A program made the position numbers and the translations under genes. The notes beneath the pieces were generated by a model. It was given only the letters and a program-made list of their open reading frames with translations. It made no database searches and was not told the origin of the DNA. Below are positions 26,948-38,173 of a stretch of DNA of 64,000 nt, piece by piece (the first letter of the stretch is position 1; each line of letters opens with the position of its first letter). Location: the sequence record DRR723986_4014; one strand, 5' to 3'.

Positions 26948-28462
26948 TCACTTGTTTTTGGAAGCGGGATTCTTTCGCGGTTGCGGTCGCGGTCGCAATT
27001 TGCGAGGCGCAGGGACGGGCGGCGCCTTTGGGCGAGACTCAACGAGATCGAAGAACCGCATGTTCCTGCCCACTCGATCGTAGTCGCCAAGGTCTTCACG
27101 CATTGACTCGGCAAGCTCGAGAAGTCGATCGACCACCAGAGGATTCTCTGCGGCGACATTCGTTGTTTCGCCAAGATCCTTTTCCAGATCAACGAGAAAC
27201 GGCTGAGCGAAACCGACTCGATCCGCGGCGGCAATGTGAGGATTCCGTTGAAAAGGAGCCGCACCAATCGGCTCTTTGTCGCGCGGCAGGTGCAGTTTCC
27301 ATTTGCCCTGTCGCACGGCCTGAAGGTGGACTCGCAGATAATAGTAGTACGCCTTCTCGGGATCGGCCCGGTCGAAGTCGCCGTGGAACAGATGGCGGAT
27401 GTCTTCGCCATCAATCACGCGATCCCGGGGCACCGCAGCGCCGGCCAGAGCGGCGAAGGTTGGCAGGATGTCCATTGTCGTCGCGATCGAATCGCAGACC
27501 ACACCCTCGGGAGCTCGCCCAGGAGCCCACAGAATCGCGGGTACTCGAACGCCGCCTTCGAACGTTGACACTTTGCCGCTTCGCAACGGACCGGCCGAAC
27601 CGCCATGATCGCTCTTCAGCCGACCGTCAGCGTGGTTCTTGTTCTTGATCAACCACGGACCATTGTCACTGGTGAACAGGACGTAGGTGTTATCCTTCAA
27701 CTTCAGTTCGTCAAGAGTATCCAGAAGACGGCCAACGTTGTGGTCGATCTCCTCAATCACGTCTCCGTAAAGACCGCGTGGGCTCTTGCCCTTGAACCTG
27801 GCCGATGCATCAAGACGTGTATGCGGCATCGAGTGGGGAATGTAAACGAAGAACGGATTCTCCTGGTTCCGGCGAATGAACTTGATTGCTTCGTCCGTGT
27901 AACGCTGCGTCAACGTGGCCAGTTCGGTCTTCGGTTCGATCAACTTCTCATTTCGATACAGGTTCGCGATGCGATCGTTGCTGGTGGGAGTTCCGTAGAA
28001 GTAGTCGAAGCCCTGGCGAGTTGGGAACAGGTCCATGAAGAAACCGGACTGAGCGTGCTTGGCCAGATCCCATTTTCCGAAGCAGGCGGTTGCATAACCC
28101 TTCGCCTTCAGGACCTCGGCGATGGTGATTTCGTCGGAGTGCAAAATCGGATGAATCTGTTTCGTGTTGCCTCGCTCGGCGACTCGCATCGGATAGCAGC
28201 CGGTCATCAGTGCGGCTCGCGATGGTCCACAGATCGGCTGAGCGTAAAAGCTGGTGAACTTAACGCCCTGCTTCGCCATCTGGTCGAGTCGCGGGGTGCG
28301 AATGTCGGGCGAACCGAAACAACCGACGTCTTCGTAACCCTGGTCGTCGGTGAAGATCACCACAAAGTTCGGCATGTCCGGCTTGTCATCCGCGCATAGG
28401 TTGGTCGCCAAAAGCAGGGCGGCGCATGCGACCAGCGATATTTGCAAGAGCTTGGTTGTCAA
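26948..28462 (-). CDS. Arylsulfatase A-like sulfatase (Cys type)
   Basis: PNFVVIFTDDQG, CGPSRAALMTG, FTSDNG; probable TTG start at 28462 giving a signal peptide. Confidence 0.93.
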   Translation of the reverse strand: MTTKLLQISLVACAALLLATNLCADDKPDMPNFVVIFTDDQGYEDVGCFGSPDIRTPRLDQMAKQGVKFTSFYAQPICGPSRAALMTGCYPMRVAERGNTKQIHPILHSDEITIAEVLKAKGYATACFGKWDLAKHAQSGFFMDLFPTRQGFDYFYGTPTSNDRIANLYRNEKLIEPKTELATLTQRYTDEAIKFIRRNQENPFFVYIPHSMPHTRLDASARFKGKSPRGLYGDVIEEIDHNVGRLLDTLDELKLKDNTYVLFTSDNGPWLIKNKNHADGRLKSDHGGSAGPLRSGKVSTFEGGVRVPAILWAPGRAPEGVVCDSIATTMDILPTFAALAGAAVPRDRVIDGEDIRHLFHGDFDRADPEKAYYYYLRVHLQAVRQGKWKLHLPRDKEPIGAAPFQRNPHIAAADRVGFAQPFLVDLEKDLGETTNVAAENPLVVDRLLELAESMREDLGDYDRVGRNMRFFDLVESRPKAPPVPAPRKLRPRPQPRKNPASKNK

Positions 28463-28508
28463 AGTTGGTTCCCCGGTTTGTTCAGTAGATGTCGCAAGAG
28501 AAGGGCGA

Positions 28509-30650
28509 CTACTGCGGCGACAGTACTGGATAGTCGGATAGAATGCTTGCGTCGAATTGGAAATCATCGACGGTGACATGTCCCCAACTTCTGGTAGCTT
28601 TGTCGACGACTTTAATGAACATCCTTTTGCCAGCGTAGGGTGACAGATCCCACTTCGCCCCCTGCATCGTCTGGTCGTTGACGCCTCGAGCAAACAAAAC
28701 TTCCTTGCCGTCTTCGGTGCACAGCGCAACATAAGTCGATTTGCCTCGCCCGCCCCCAACTCGAAAGGTCATCGTCCCGGCTTCGGGCACGAACAGCGGC
28801 GATACAATGACGCCCGTCTGAGGATCCTTGCCCTTTTCGGCAGTGGCGGAGGATTCCAGCGTGGTCAGATAGTGCTTGCCCTGCTTGTTGTAGTCTCGCC
28901 CGTTGTGAAAGAACTGGTCACGGCTGCCAATGATGTGCCCGAACTTTCCTTCGACCACTTTCCACGGATTGAGCGTGCCGGATTCGAAGTCGAACGATGC
29001 GGTTCGATGGCTCGTTCCCGCCGCCGTCTTTTTGGCGGGCTTGCTGGTGCCACGAGCAGGGGGCTTCCCAGAGCGCGATGCCTTGCCGGGGCTCGGCTTC
29101 GGTTGATAACGGGCCAGCAAGGCGGCGAGTTCTTTGACGACTTCGGGGTAATCGTTGATGACGTTTTGCGTTTGATTCACGTCGGCGTCCAGGTCATATA
29201 GCTGCGCAGGCGGCGCACCTTTTCTGATCTTTCCATCGACAATATCGCTGTTGATGGAGCCAACAAAACTGGTCGCTGGTGGTCCGGCGAAGGTATGAAT
29301 GCCGGGCTTGCTGCCTTCAAATCCTCCGCTGCCCTGACGCGGAATGTACATCCACTTGCCCTTGCGAACTGATAGGTGCGTGCCCTTGTGTGGAGCCAGA
29401 ACGAGGTGCTCGCGGAGCGGTTCCTGCGGTTCGTCGACCATCGCAGGAAGCATGTTGATACTGTCCGCCTGCTGTTCCTGGTCGAGCTTCTGCTCAGTCA
29501 AAGCCGCGAAGGTCGCAAGCATGTCGATGTTGCTGATCAACTGGTCGGAGGTCGTGCCCGCATCGACTTCTCCAGGCCAGCGAACGATCATTGGGACACG
29601 ATGGCCGCCTTCCCAGACTCCGAATTTGAATCCCAGCAAATCACCGTTCTGACGATGGCCATCCTTGAAGGCATCCTGTCCGCCACGATTGAACATGCCG
29701 CCATTGTCGCTGGTGAAAATCACGAGCGTGTTGTCGGCCAGGTCGTTGTCTTCGAGGCACGTCATCACTTCGCCGACGATCCAGTCCAGTTCATGGATGA
29801 AGTCGCCGTACAGCCCGCACTCACTGGTCCTTTGAAAACGCTTCGCCGGAGTAAACGGATGGTGGATGTTTGTTGTCGCCAGGTACAGAAAGAACGGTTT
29901 GTCTTCGCGCTGCTCAATCCACTCGACCGATTTCTTCGCAATCGTAGTTCCCACCTGATAGTCGTTGAACAGCCTGTGAGCTTCGGCTGCACCGGAGAAT
30001 TGGTTTGGACTGCGCTGAGCCGCCTCGGGCGGAATGGGTGTCAGCGGAGTTGCCTTGTTCCTCTGGCCTTGACCAAGATGCACAAGCGGATCTTCGGGAT
30101 CGCTTCCAACCACGCGATCGTTTTCGACGTAGACATACGGCGGCGCACTGTTGACCACGGGCATCCCGAAGTAATAGTCGAAGCCAAGATCCTGAGGCCC
30201 AGGGCGAAGCGGTTTCTGCCATTTGTTTGTCCCTTCACCGAATCCCAGGTGCCACTTGCCGACGACGGCGGTGTCGTAGCCACTGCGTTTGAAGACATCG
30301 GCGATCGTCGTCTTCTTTGTATCGACGATCAACGGAGAAGTCAGCGGAGCTGGACCCCAGACGCCTCTGCCACCGTTCGCTCGAACAGGATATTGGCCGG
30401 TAAGCAACGCGTATCGCGACGGAGTGCAAACCGCTGAAGCTGAGTGAGCATCAGTAAACCGTCGCCCCTCTGCCGCGAGTCGATCGATATTCGGAGTCTG
30501 AACTTTGGTCGCCCCATAGCATCCCAGATCGCCGTACCCGAGATCGTCGGCAAAGATCAAAACCACGTTCGGTGGGTCGGCGGCGCGGCAGGTCACTACT
30601 GTCGCGGTGACAAAGATACTGACGATCAATCTCAGAAGCACATTGTTCAT
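28509..30650 (-). CDS. Sulfatase (Cys type) with an extra C-terminal beta-sandwich-like domain
   Basis: PNVVLIFADDLGYGD, CTPSRYALLTG, GKWHLG; P/K/S-rich linker then FDFESGTLNPW...WGHVTVDDF. Confidence 0.93.
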   Translation of the reverse strand: MNNVLLRLIVSIFVTATVVTCRAADPPNVVLIFADDLGYGDLGCYGATKVQTPNIDRLAAEGRRFTDAHSASAVCTPSRYALLTGQYPVRANGGRGVWGPAPLTSPLIVDTKKTTIADVFKRSGYDTAVVGKWHLGFGEGTNKWQKPLRPGPQDLGFDYYFGMPVVNSAPPYVYVENDRVVGSDPEDPLVHLGQGQRNKATPLTPIPPEAAQRSPNQFSGAAEAHRLFNDYQVGTTIAKKSVEWIEQREDKPFFLYLATTNIHHPFTPAKRFQRTSECGLYGDFIHELDWIVGEVMTCLEDNDLADNTLVIFTSDNGGMFNRGGQDAFKDGHRQNGDLLGFKFGVWEGGHRVPMIVRWPGEVDAGTTSDQLISNIDMLATFAALTEQKLDQEQQADSINMLPAMVDEPQEPLREHLVLAPHKGTHLSVRKGKWMYIPRQGSGGFEGSKPGIHTFAGPPATSFVGSINSDIVDGKIRKGAPPAQLYDLDADVNQTQNVINDYPEVVKELAALLARYQPKPSPGKASRSGKPPARGTSKPAKKTAAGTSHRTASFDFESGTLNPWKVVEGKFGHIIGSRDQFFHNGRDYNKQGKHYLTTLESSATAEKGKDPQTGVIVSPLFVPEAGTMTFRVGGGRGKSTYVALCTEDGKEVLFARGVNDQTMQGAKWDLSPYAGKRMFIKVVDKATRSWGHVTVDDFQFDASILSDYPVLSPQ

Positions 30651-30854
30651 GTTGTCAAAAGTTTCCTGGTCGCTGGATCGGCACTTGGGAGCGGATGACA
30701 ATCTAGCAGCTTTTTCGAGTTCAAGAGTGCTCGAGGCAAGCAATTCTCTCTACGAGCACTATGCTTGTTCAAATCTGTACAATGTCGGATCTCATTTCCC
30801 GGCTACCCCACCACCGGTTGTTCAGCGAGACCGCACAGTCCAAGGAAACGTTCA

Positions 30855-31871
30855 GTGGAAACCAGAAGACTCGGTCGAACGGATATCGAGATCAGCGTCC
30901 TTTCAATTGGCGGCTTGTACACTTCATCGCTTGCTGGTGGCGTATCGGAAACGCAGCGGATCATGCGCCGGGCAATCGAGCTTGGCATCAATGCCATCGA
31001 TACCGCACCCGCGTACGCTGATAGTGAGAAGACGGTTGGCGAAGCAATCCGGGGAATCGACGCACCGCTGATCGTGACGACCAAACTCGGCGGAAGGCCT
31101 CAGCCCTTCGATCCACAGGATATCAACGGCCTGCGGCAATCTGTCGATGAGAGCCTTCGACTGCTCGGGCGCGACCACATCGACATCTTGATGGTTCACG
31201 AGCCCGACCGGCCGCAACAATACGCATGGTGGACGGGATACGATCCGTTGGAAGGTCCGGCGTTGGATTTGATGGACGAATTGAAGGCGGCCGGAAAGAT
31301 TCGCTACTCGGGTTTGGCTGGCACGACGGTCACCGAATTGTCTTCGTTGGCCGAGTCTGGGCGATTTGACGTTGTGCTGACGGCATTTAATTACAATGCG
31401 TTGTTCCGCGAAGCCGAGTCGACCGTATTTCCTGCCGCCAAGAAACAGGACATGGGCGTCGTCGTCGGTTCGACCTTTGGGCAAGGGTTCCTGACTCGCC
31501 GCACTGATCTCGCGCGACGTCCGATCTGGCTATCTGAAAGGCGTGCCGAACAACTGATAGCCTACTATGAACTGCTCGATCAATCAGCAATGCCAGCGTA
31601 CGAATTGTGCTTGCGGTTTGCGATCGGCAACAAAAACGTCTCCTCGATACCGATCGGTTGCAAGACAACCCAACACCTTGAATCATGTGTCGCTGCCGCT
31701 AGCAAGGGACCTTTACCGAACGACGTGCTGAATCGCCTTGACGAGATTGCCGCCATGCTGCCGTATCGACCCTACGAGGAACCAATGATTCTGCCGCTTG
31801 GTAAGAATTACGTTGGTCCTGGCATAGCCAATATGGGCGCGGCGGTTCAAGTCGGCAAACTAGACCTGTAA
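30855..31871 (+). CDS. Aldo/keto reductase
   Basis: RRLGRTDIEISVLSIG, IDTAPAY, TTKLG, SLRLLGRDHIDILMVH; GTG start with AAGGA RBS. Confidence 0.92.
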   Translation: METRRLGRTDIEISVLSIGGLYTSSLAGGVSETQRIMRRAIELGINAIDTAPAYADSEKTVGEAIRGIDAPLIVTTKLGGRPQPFDPQDINGLRQSVDESLRLLGRDHIDILMVHEPDRPQQYAWWTGYDPLEGPALDLMDELKAAGKIRYSGLAGTTVTELSSLAESGRFDVVLTAFNYNALFREAESTVFPAAKKQDMGVVVGSTFGQGFLTRRTDLARRPIWLSERRAEQLIAYYELLDQSAMPAYELCLRFAIGNKNVSSIPIGCKTTQHLESCVAAASKGPLPNDVLNRLDEIAAMLPYRPYEEPMILPLGKNYVGPGIANMGAAVQVGKLDL

Positions 31872-31893
31872 TTCAACTTCGAAGTTAGTCACT

Positions 31894-32820
31894 ATGAAAA
31901 CCATCATCGTCCTCCTTCTAACATCAGTCGCGTTTTACCCGACCGCAAACGCTCAGCAGTTCGGTCGCCAGGAGTCCGCTACCGGCATCAAGCATTCATT
32001 CCTAATTGCAGGTGCGACGACCGTGCTCGTGGGTGAAAATGGTGAAGTAAAATGGCGAACGAAGGGCCGATCACGTGACGCATTTGTCCTAAGAAACGGC
32101 AATGTCCTGGTGTCGATTGCTAACACGGCCAAAGAAATTACCCGTGACGGCGATGTTGTTTGGAGCTATAAGCTTGCACCGGAGAACAAGGAGCTCGGCA
32201 CGGCTGTTCGGCTACCTGGTGGCAATACGCTCGTTGTTGAACGCGGCGTCAAACCAAGGCTCTTGGAAGTTGATCGGGACGGCAAGATCGCTGTCGAAGT
32301 TCCGCTGAAGCCTGAAACAGACAATGCACACATGCAAACCCGCATGGCTCGCAAGCTTCCCAGCGGCAACTATCTGGTCCCACACCTTCTGGCATTCAAG
32401 GTGAATGAGTATCGACCTGATGGAAAGATCGTAAATACCATTCGGACGGACCTGGACGAACTTGGTGGGCGTGCAGAAGAGAATTGGCCGTTCACCGCGA
32501 TTCGTCTGGAGGACGGCCGAACGCTTGTCAATTTGACTCACGGCAACAAGACCGTTGAGTTCGACAAGGACGGTAAGGTCATCTGGAAGGTTACCAACAA
32601 AGATGTGGATGGTCGCTTCGCAGATCCCTGTGGTGGACAGCGACTAGCTAGTGGCAACACTGTCATTTGCAGCTACGGACAGAAGTCACCCGACAAGCCC
32701 AAACTGTTCGAAGTCAACTCCGACACGGAGGTCGTTTGGGAGTTCTTTCATCCGAATGTACGTGCCCACGAAGTTCACGTTCTGACAACCAACGGCGCGA
32801 AGGAAGGCTATCTGAAATAA
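31894..32820 (+). CDS. Secreted beta-propeller protein (PQQ-like/arylsulfotransferase-like repeats)
   Basis: Signal peptide; repeated RLPGGNTLV / RKLPSGNYLV / RLEDGRTLV / RLASGNTVI with E...DG.V.W blades. Confidence 0.75.
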   Translation: MKTIIVLLLTSVAFYPTANAQQFGRQESATGIKHSFLIAGATTVLVGENGEVKWRTKGRSRDAFVLRNGNVLVSIANTAKEITRDGDVVWSYKLAPENKELGTAVRLPGGNTLVVERGVKPRLLEVDRDGKIAVEVPLKPETDNAHMQTRMARKLPSGNYLVPHLLAFKVNEYRPDGKIVNTIRTDLDELGGRAEENWPFTAIRLEDGRTLVNLTHGNKTVEFDKDGKVIWKVTNKDVDGRFADPCGGQRLASGNTVICSYGQKSPDKPKLFEVNSDTEVVWEFFHPNVRAHEVHVLTTNGAKEGYLK

Positions 32821-32855
32821 GCCTCAATCTTTTCCCCTCCGGTTTCTCGAAGCGT

Positions 32856-34136
32856 TCAGACCGGTAGTTGGTCCCGCAAGGTGTTCATGGTCCGAATTTG
32901 TTGTTTCACTACGAAGGCTCGGGCGGCGTTGGCTTTGGCTTTCGCATCCGCAGGATTCATGGCAATGTCGAGGACCGTCGGTACGATTCGCTTTTGATCT
33001 TGTCGTGAGTCGTGATCGAACAACCAGTCGCTTAGTCCGATATCTTCCCACATGTAGCCCTTGCTCGTCTGTTCGTCGAATCGACAGACGACGGCCGGGA
33101 TCCCGTGCCCAATGCACATGATGGGGGAATGCATCTCGTTTCCGAACAATCCAGCACTCCGCACGTAAACACTGATGGCTTCACCGGTCAGCCAATAGTC
33201 TGGTCGCCAAACAACTCGATTAAGTAGTTTCTTGGGCAACTGATCGTAGAGGAGCTCCTTGCCGACCTTCATTTGCGTGCGGTCTTCGGGGCAGATTAGA
33301 ACTTTATTGTCGGTCTGGGTGACAACCTGCACGATGGCATCCAAGAGCGGTTTGTGATCATGCTGCTTCATCGCCTCGTTACGCGCGTGTTTGACGGCGT
33401 CAAACTTTGCACTCTCCTTAATCGTCCAGTATGGCGTGTAACGCAGGCGGGGAATGCAACATAGGTACTTGCCACGTTCTAGTTGGTTGGCTTTGAGGAA
33501 GGCTTCCGCCTTTTCGGCGTCTCGAAGATCACATGCAAAAGCTCCGTCAGGGCCAAACTCCATCACCGGTGATGAAGCGCCGAGCTGCTTTGCAAGTGCG
33601 AGTGATTTGCTGTCACGAAAGAACACAAACGCTGCATCACTAAGGACCTCAATTGACCGATTGAGTGCTTCGGTCGTTCGCGCCGCCGTGGATGCCGACT
33701 TCTTCATCGGGAAAGTGATCCCGTAGATGCCATACGGCTTGCCGGTCTCTTTCTTCCACAGGACCAAATCACGTTCGGCAACAATCGATGCACCCGAGCC
33801 GTGCAGCAAGAAGTCACACGAGTCAAAGGCACGCTCAAGCTCGGCTGACCGAGGCTTCGCAATTTGTAGCCGAGGGAACTCTTTGGTGAGCAGTTGGTCG
33901 ACACCGTTGTTTACGACCGAGGGCCAAAGTGTGACCTCTGCTTCCGGCAAGTATTTCTGCAGTAGACGGAGAACGCCTGGTGTGTGTGCGATGTCACCAA
34001 TGTTGACGGTTTGCCACGAGGATCGAAGCAGGATACGTGGCGGCCGGGGCGTTCCTGTGGCCAGGCTGGTGTTTGCGGCCATGCAAAGAGCAGAGAGCCC
34101 GCATTGGTTCAGAAAGAGGCGGCGATTCATCGGCAA
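32856..34136 (-). CDS. Polysaccharide pyruvyl transferase-family protein with Tat signal
   Basis: NRRLFL Tat motif; NIGDIAH, FFRDSKS, GPDGAF, EMHSPIM...GIP. Confidence 0.8.
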   Translation of the reverse strand: MPMNRRLFLNQCGLSALCMAANTSLATGTPRPPRILLRSSWQTVNIGDIAHTPGVLRLLQKYLPEAEVTLWPSVVNNGVDQLLTKEFPRLQIAKPRSAELERAFDSCDFLLHGSGASIVAERDLVLWKKETGKPYGIYGITFPMKKSASTAARTTEALNRSIEVLSDAAFVFFRDSKSLALAKQLGASSPVMEFGPDGAFACDLRDAEKAEAFLKANQLERGKYLCCIPRLRYTPYWTIKESAKFDAVKHARNEAMKQHDHKPLLDAIVQVVTQTDNKVLICPEDRTQMKVGKELLYDQLPKKLLNRVVWRPDYWLTGEAISVYVRSAGLFGNEMHSPIMCIGHGIPAVVCRFDEQTSKGYMWEDIGLSDWLFDHDSRQDQKRIVPTVLDIAMNPADAKAKANAARAFVVKQQIRTMNTLRDQLPV

Positions 34137-34200
34137 CCGAACTTTGAAGCGATCTGGGAAGCGGGAAGGGAAACGGATATGAGCCGACGAGCCATGGCGG

Positions 34201-37200
34201 CTATTCGGCTTTCAACCGGATAACATGCGTGCTCGTCTGCATCCCGGACTCAATTTTTAACTTTCCAGAGTACTCCTTGAAGCCCGGTTGCTTGAGAGTG
34301 ATTTCATATTCGCCAACTGGACCGACCAAGTAATGCGCCGAAAGATTTCTCCTCACACTCAGGCCATCGACCGCTAAGTTGGAATTGAGGCAGACTCCAT
34401 CTTCATCGACAACGAGGACGCTCAGGCCGCCGGTCGCCGAGGCGTCGGGTGCGGACAAAACGATCTTTTGCATCTGACCGGAGGGATCGTCGGTCGCCTG
34501 CAGCTCGGTTGCAAATGGCAAGCCGCGAAGGTTCCCGATGACCAAGCCATACTTCCCCTTCGCTAGTCCAGAGAGCCTGTAGACGCCTTTTTCATTCGGG
34601 TCTGTAGGTGACAAGTAGGACCGCATGCTCCGGTCCTCATTCATCAACATGAGTGCGCTCGACCAGGGCTCACCATCTCCATCAAGAACTTCCATTGCTA
34701 TACTTGCGTTGCCATTGGGGAGAATCCAGTCGATTTGACTGCCGATGTCGTCGGCGGTGATACTGATAGTTCGGGTGAACGTAAAACCCTCGTACGTGCA
34801 CGCCAAGTCGAATTGCCCAGGAGAGCAGTCTTCGAAGACAAATGGATCTGCATCGGCTTTACGTGGAAGCAACTTCGCGACGTCCCGGCCGAAGAAGTGT
34901 TGAGGTGCGGATTCCACCAGTACCATTCGCGTTCCACGAGGTAGCCCTTTACCAGTGCGCAGTTTGCAATTGATAGTGAGACTTCCGGTGGGGACGTCAA
35001 TTTCCCCTAGATTCATCTCGTTGCCGCCAACGTCTAAGTCTAGAATGGGTGCCCAATCGTTCCGTTGTGATTTCAGGAGGCGATAGAGCCTCCAACTGCC
35101 GCGCGGTGCACCGGTCAGAGTGAAGTTTCCATCTTGATCAGTCTGGGTGTAAAACTTCATACCATCAAAGATGGGATCGTCGCCGGTTAGCTGCAGGCGT
35201 TTGTTCGAATAGGGCATGCCGCCGGACGTGATCCGACCGGAAATTCTTGCGGTTCCACCAAAGTCGACTTGTTGCATTTTGCCATCGACTACGAGAATCC
35301 GCTGCTTTGTCACCCCTGGCCTTTCCCAGAAGTCAGCCCGCAAAATGTGAACATCCCCGGCTGGAATTTTGCCGATGGAATACCTGCCGTCTTCGTCCGT
35401 GATTGCAGTTCCGAACAGACTCGAATCGTCACCGCCGAATCCCGAGTAGTTGTAATCGCTTGTGAAGTTCAAAGTCTCATTAGCAACAGGTTGCCCCTTG
35501 TCGTCGTAAACCGTTCCTTGGAGCGTAGCGCCGTCGGCGAGCACAATTTTCGGCGTCTCGGCATCCTTTCCAATGGTGACATTGCGAACGATTGAGAATG
35601 GGTAGTCAGGGTGATCGACGCGTAGCGTGTCGATGCCAGGACGCAAATTCTCAAAACGAAAGACTCCGGCTTTGCTGAAAACGGCTCGTGTATCCTGAGT
35701 GAAAGAGCCTCGCCGATCCTGCCTGGGGCTCTCACTCAACGAGAGGACGCGGACCTTCGCACCATCCACGGGCTCGCCCTTTGAGTTGGTTATAGAACCA
35801 GAGTAGGTTACGCCTCGCTCTAGCTTGATTTGCGGCGGCACTTCGCTGGGAGCATCTGTATCGATTGCCTCGCTTAAGGCTAATGCATAGCCGTCGGACA
35901 GGACAAGAACTTGGTAGACACCCGGCCCAACGACCTCATGATTCAACTTGCCATCTTCGCCCGAAACCCAATCGCCACTGGGCACATAGTTTGGTCCTCT
36001 GTTGGTTCGAAGCTTCCGGATGAGGAATCTAAAGTCGTTGATTGGTTTTTGTGTCGCCGCGTCAACGACCGACGCCTCGACGACTGGCTTGCCAATATGC
36101 CGCAGAACAATCTGAAGCTTCTCTGTGTTTGGGATCGCAACATTTGAAAGGTCATCAAGGCCTTTCACTTTGCGAAGATTCATAACCTCTAACTCACCGC
36201 TCTCAACTCGAATACGGTAGTTACCCTGCGGAACCGGGCCAATTCGAAATTCCTTCTCGCCGGCCTCGAGATGATGCGAAAAGTGTTTTTGAGTTTCCGA
36301 CGAATAGCCGCTAATCCGAAGCCCACGATCCATGGGCTTCCCGACCCAGCGAATGGTCCCCTCCAAGTATCGCATCGACTTTGGCGACGGGTAATCAAAT
36401 TTCAGCGTGATTGGTTCTTCTTGGCCCTGCAAATCCGTAGCGTTAACCAGTGGACGCGAAGTTGACATCCCGCGTCCTTCTGGAATCGAAACCATCAGGT
36501 TGTATTTTTCCGCTCCAACGTGCTCTAGCTTTACGACTCCGTTGTCATCGATCACTGGGCTCATTGGGTAGGTGTTAAAATTCCACCACGCTGGCAGCGC
36601 GGAGAGTCGCCAGCCAGCAGCAGGTTCGCCGTCAGAGCAAATGACCCGAACGGTGACCGTCTCCCCTTCCTCAAGTTCTACTTTGTGTTCTTCGATGGTG
36701 TCGACGTCACCGACCGGAACCACGAGACGAGCAATCGCGTGCTTGGGCGATTGGATTCCAACCTGGTATTTGCCTTGCTTTGGATCTAGGCCGCCCAAAA
36801 TTGCAACGCCGTCGGCATTGGTTTTGGTGTCTTGCGACCTTGAATAGCGAGCTCCGCTCAGTGGGCTGTAATAAGCTCGGCAGGCGACGGGATTGCCTTT
36901 TGAGTCGACGACCGTCAACTTGATTTGTGCGGCTTTCTTGAGCGTAAAGTTTTGTACCGCCGGATCGTCTCGTTTGAACGAGACGGATGGTAAATTGCGA
37001 AAATCAGTGATCCCCAAATACTTGCTTGATTCGATTCGAACCTTGAAGTCACCCGACTCGATCGTATCCAGGAATGCAAAGACACCAAAGTCGTCAGTCT
37101 CAGCTCGGTGATATGACTTGCCACTTAGTGTTATCACCGCATCGTCGACCGGTTTACCGTCGCTGCCCATGATCATGCCGGAGAACACCGCGAAGGGCTT

Positions 37201-37332
37201 GTCTTCCTTCGCTTCAGATTCTTGAGCTAGGGTTCGAGCGAATGGTGTGCAGCAGAGTGCAAAGCAGACAGACAGGTAAAGCTTGATGGACTTGGGCTTG
37301 CAAAACAACGGACTTCCTCCGAGAACATGCAT
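34201..37332 (-). CDS. Large secreted protein with tandem carboxypeptidase-regulatory-like (transthyretin-like) beta domains
   Basis: Repeats such as [31 protein letters not shown] and TDEDGRY, TDQDGNF. Confidence 0.8.
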   Translation of the reverse strand: MHVLGGSPLFCKPKSIKLYLSVCFALCCTPFARTLAQESEAKEDKPFAVFSGMIMGSDGKPVDDAVITLSGKSYHRAETDDFGVFAFLDTIESGDFKVRIESSKYLGITDFRNLPSVSFKRDDPAVQNFTLKKAAQIKLTVVDSKGNPVACRAYYSPLSGARYSRSQDTKTNADGVAILGGLDPKQGKYQVGIQSPKHAIARLVVPVGDVDTIEEHKVELEEGETVTVRVICSDGEPAAGWRLSALPAWWNFNTYPMSPVIDDNGVVKLEHVGAEKYNLMVSIPEGRGMSTSRPLVNATDLQGQEEPITLKFDYPSPKSMRYLEGTIRWVGKPMDRGLRISGYSSETQKHFSHHLEAGEKEFRIGPVPQGNYRIRVESGELEVMNLRKVKGLDDLSNVAIPNTEKLQIVLRHIGKPVVEASVVDAATQKPINDFRFLIRKLRTNRGPNYVPSGDWVSGEDGKLNHEVVGPGVYQVLVLSDGYALALSEAIDTDAPSEVPPQIKLERGVTYSGSITNSKGEPVDGAKVRVLSLSESPRQDRRGSFTQDTRAVFSKAGVFRFENLRPGIDTLRVDHPDYPFSIVRNVTIGKDAETPKIVLADGATLQGTVYDDKGQPVANETLNFTSDYNYSGFGGDDSSLFGTAITDEDGRYSIGKIPAGDVHILRADFWERPGVTKQRILVVDGKMQQVDFGGTARISGRITSGGMPYSNKRLQLTGDDPIFDGMKFYTQTDQDGNFTLTGAPRGSWRLYRLLKSQRNDWAPILDLDVGGNEMNLGEIDVPTGSLTINCKLRTGKGLPRGTRMVLVESAPQHFFGRDVAKLLPRKADADPFVFEDCSPGQFDLACTYEGFTFTRTISITADDIGSQIDWILPNGNASIAMEVLDGDGEPWSSALMLMNEDRSMRSYLSPTDPNEKGVYRLSGLAKGKYGLVIGNLRGLPFATELQATDDPSGQMQKIVLSAPDASATGGLSVLVVDEDGVCLNSNLAVDGLSVRRNLSAHYLVGPVGEYEITLKQPGFKEYSGKLKIESGMQTSTHVIRLKAE

Positions 37333-37565
37333 CGGTCAATCGGCCTGACTCGCGCCGTGGCAAGGGCAAACGCCAGTCTAGCAAATCCGAGATCAGCACG
37401 TTGCAATGAGCATGCCGACTGGCGAAGATTGCGTTTCGGCTCGACGACAGAGACGTCGAGAACTCAGAAGCTTCGAAGCGAGTTGCCGCCAGAGACTTCG
37501 ATCCGACTGGATTCAACCTAGATTCGAGTGGTCATGAGCCTGAAAGATGAAGCTCACGTGCCCCA

Positions 37566-38093
37566 TCAGCGGATGTCGTCGGACAACTTACCGTAGATCG
37601 CTGCGGGGCGACTGATGTGGATTGGATTGCCGGACTCGTCGAGATACTCAACCGGTCCGGTCCCCATTTGCGGGGTGAGTTCGAAATCTTGACCGCCCAT
37701 CTGTGGCGGCAGAGCGTCGGCGGGGCGAGATTCGAACATTGGGCGGGTCGGAAGTGGGTGAAAACGTGGATATTCTGGCGCTTCCGGCAATTCTTCCTCG
37801 GCCTGTCGACGCATGTGCCACTCCGCCAACCAGGCTGGCATGGGAGGCAGTATTCCCGATCGGTACTCTTCGGCGCCCGACTCAGGCGCTGAGCAGTAGC
37901 CGTCCTCGCACACCATTTCGCCGTTTTCGGGCGAAATCTGCCCTTCGGCGGAGCCATATCGATAGCTTGGCAAACCAATCACATGGCATCCCGACAGGCA
38001 TATCACGGCCAATGGCAGGCTGCGGACGAGCGACTTCAGGGCAGAACTAGCTAATAAGCTGCCAGTTAACTTGGCGTCTGAACCAATGGACAT
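37566..38093 (-). CDS. Hypothetical lipoprotein
   Basis: Lipobox-like LSGC after a hydrophobic stretch; PRFHPLPTRPMF motif. Confidence 0.6.
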   Translation of the reverse strand: MSIGSDAKLTGSLLASSALKSLVRSLPLAVICLSGCHVIGLPSYRYGSAEGQISPENGEMVCEDGYCSAPESGAEEYRSGILPPMPAWLAEWHMRRQAEEELPEAPEYPRFHPLPTRPMFESRPADALPPQMGGQDFELTPQMGTGPVEYLDESGNPIHISRPAAIYGKLSDDIR

Positions 38094-38173
38094 AGAATAT
38101 GCGTCTCAACTGTTGAGAAATCCCCCACCCGAGAGCTTCATCGGCTTGCAGCCAAAGGCAACTTAAGCGGATT

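Noticed and set aside
28463-28759. Long 5' extension of the 603-aa sulfatase ORF
   Set aside because: It overlaps the upstream sulfatase; the signal peptide begins near 28462
29376-30437. 353-aa plus-strand ORF
   Set aside because: Antisense shadow of a sulfatase, expected from GC-rich codon bias
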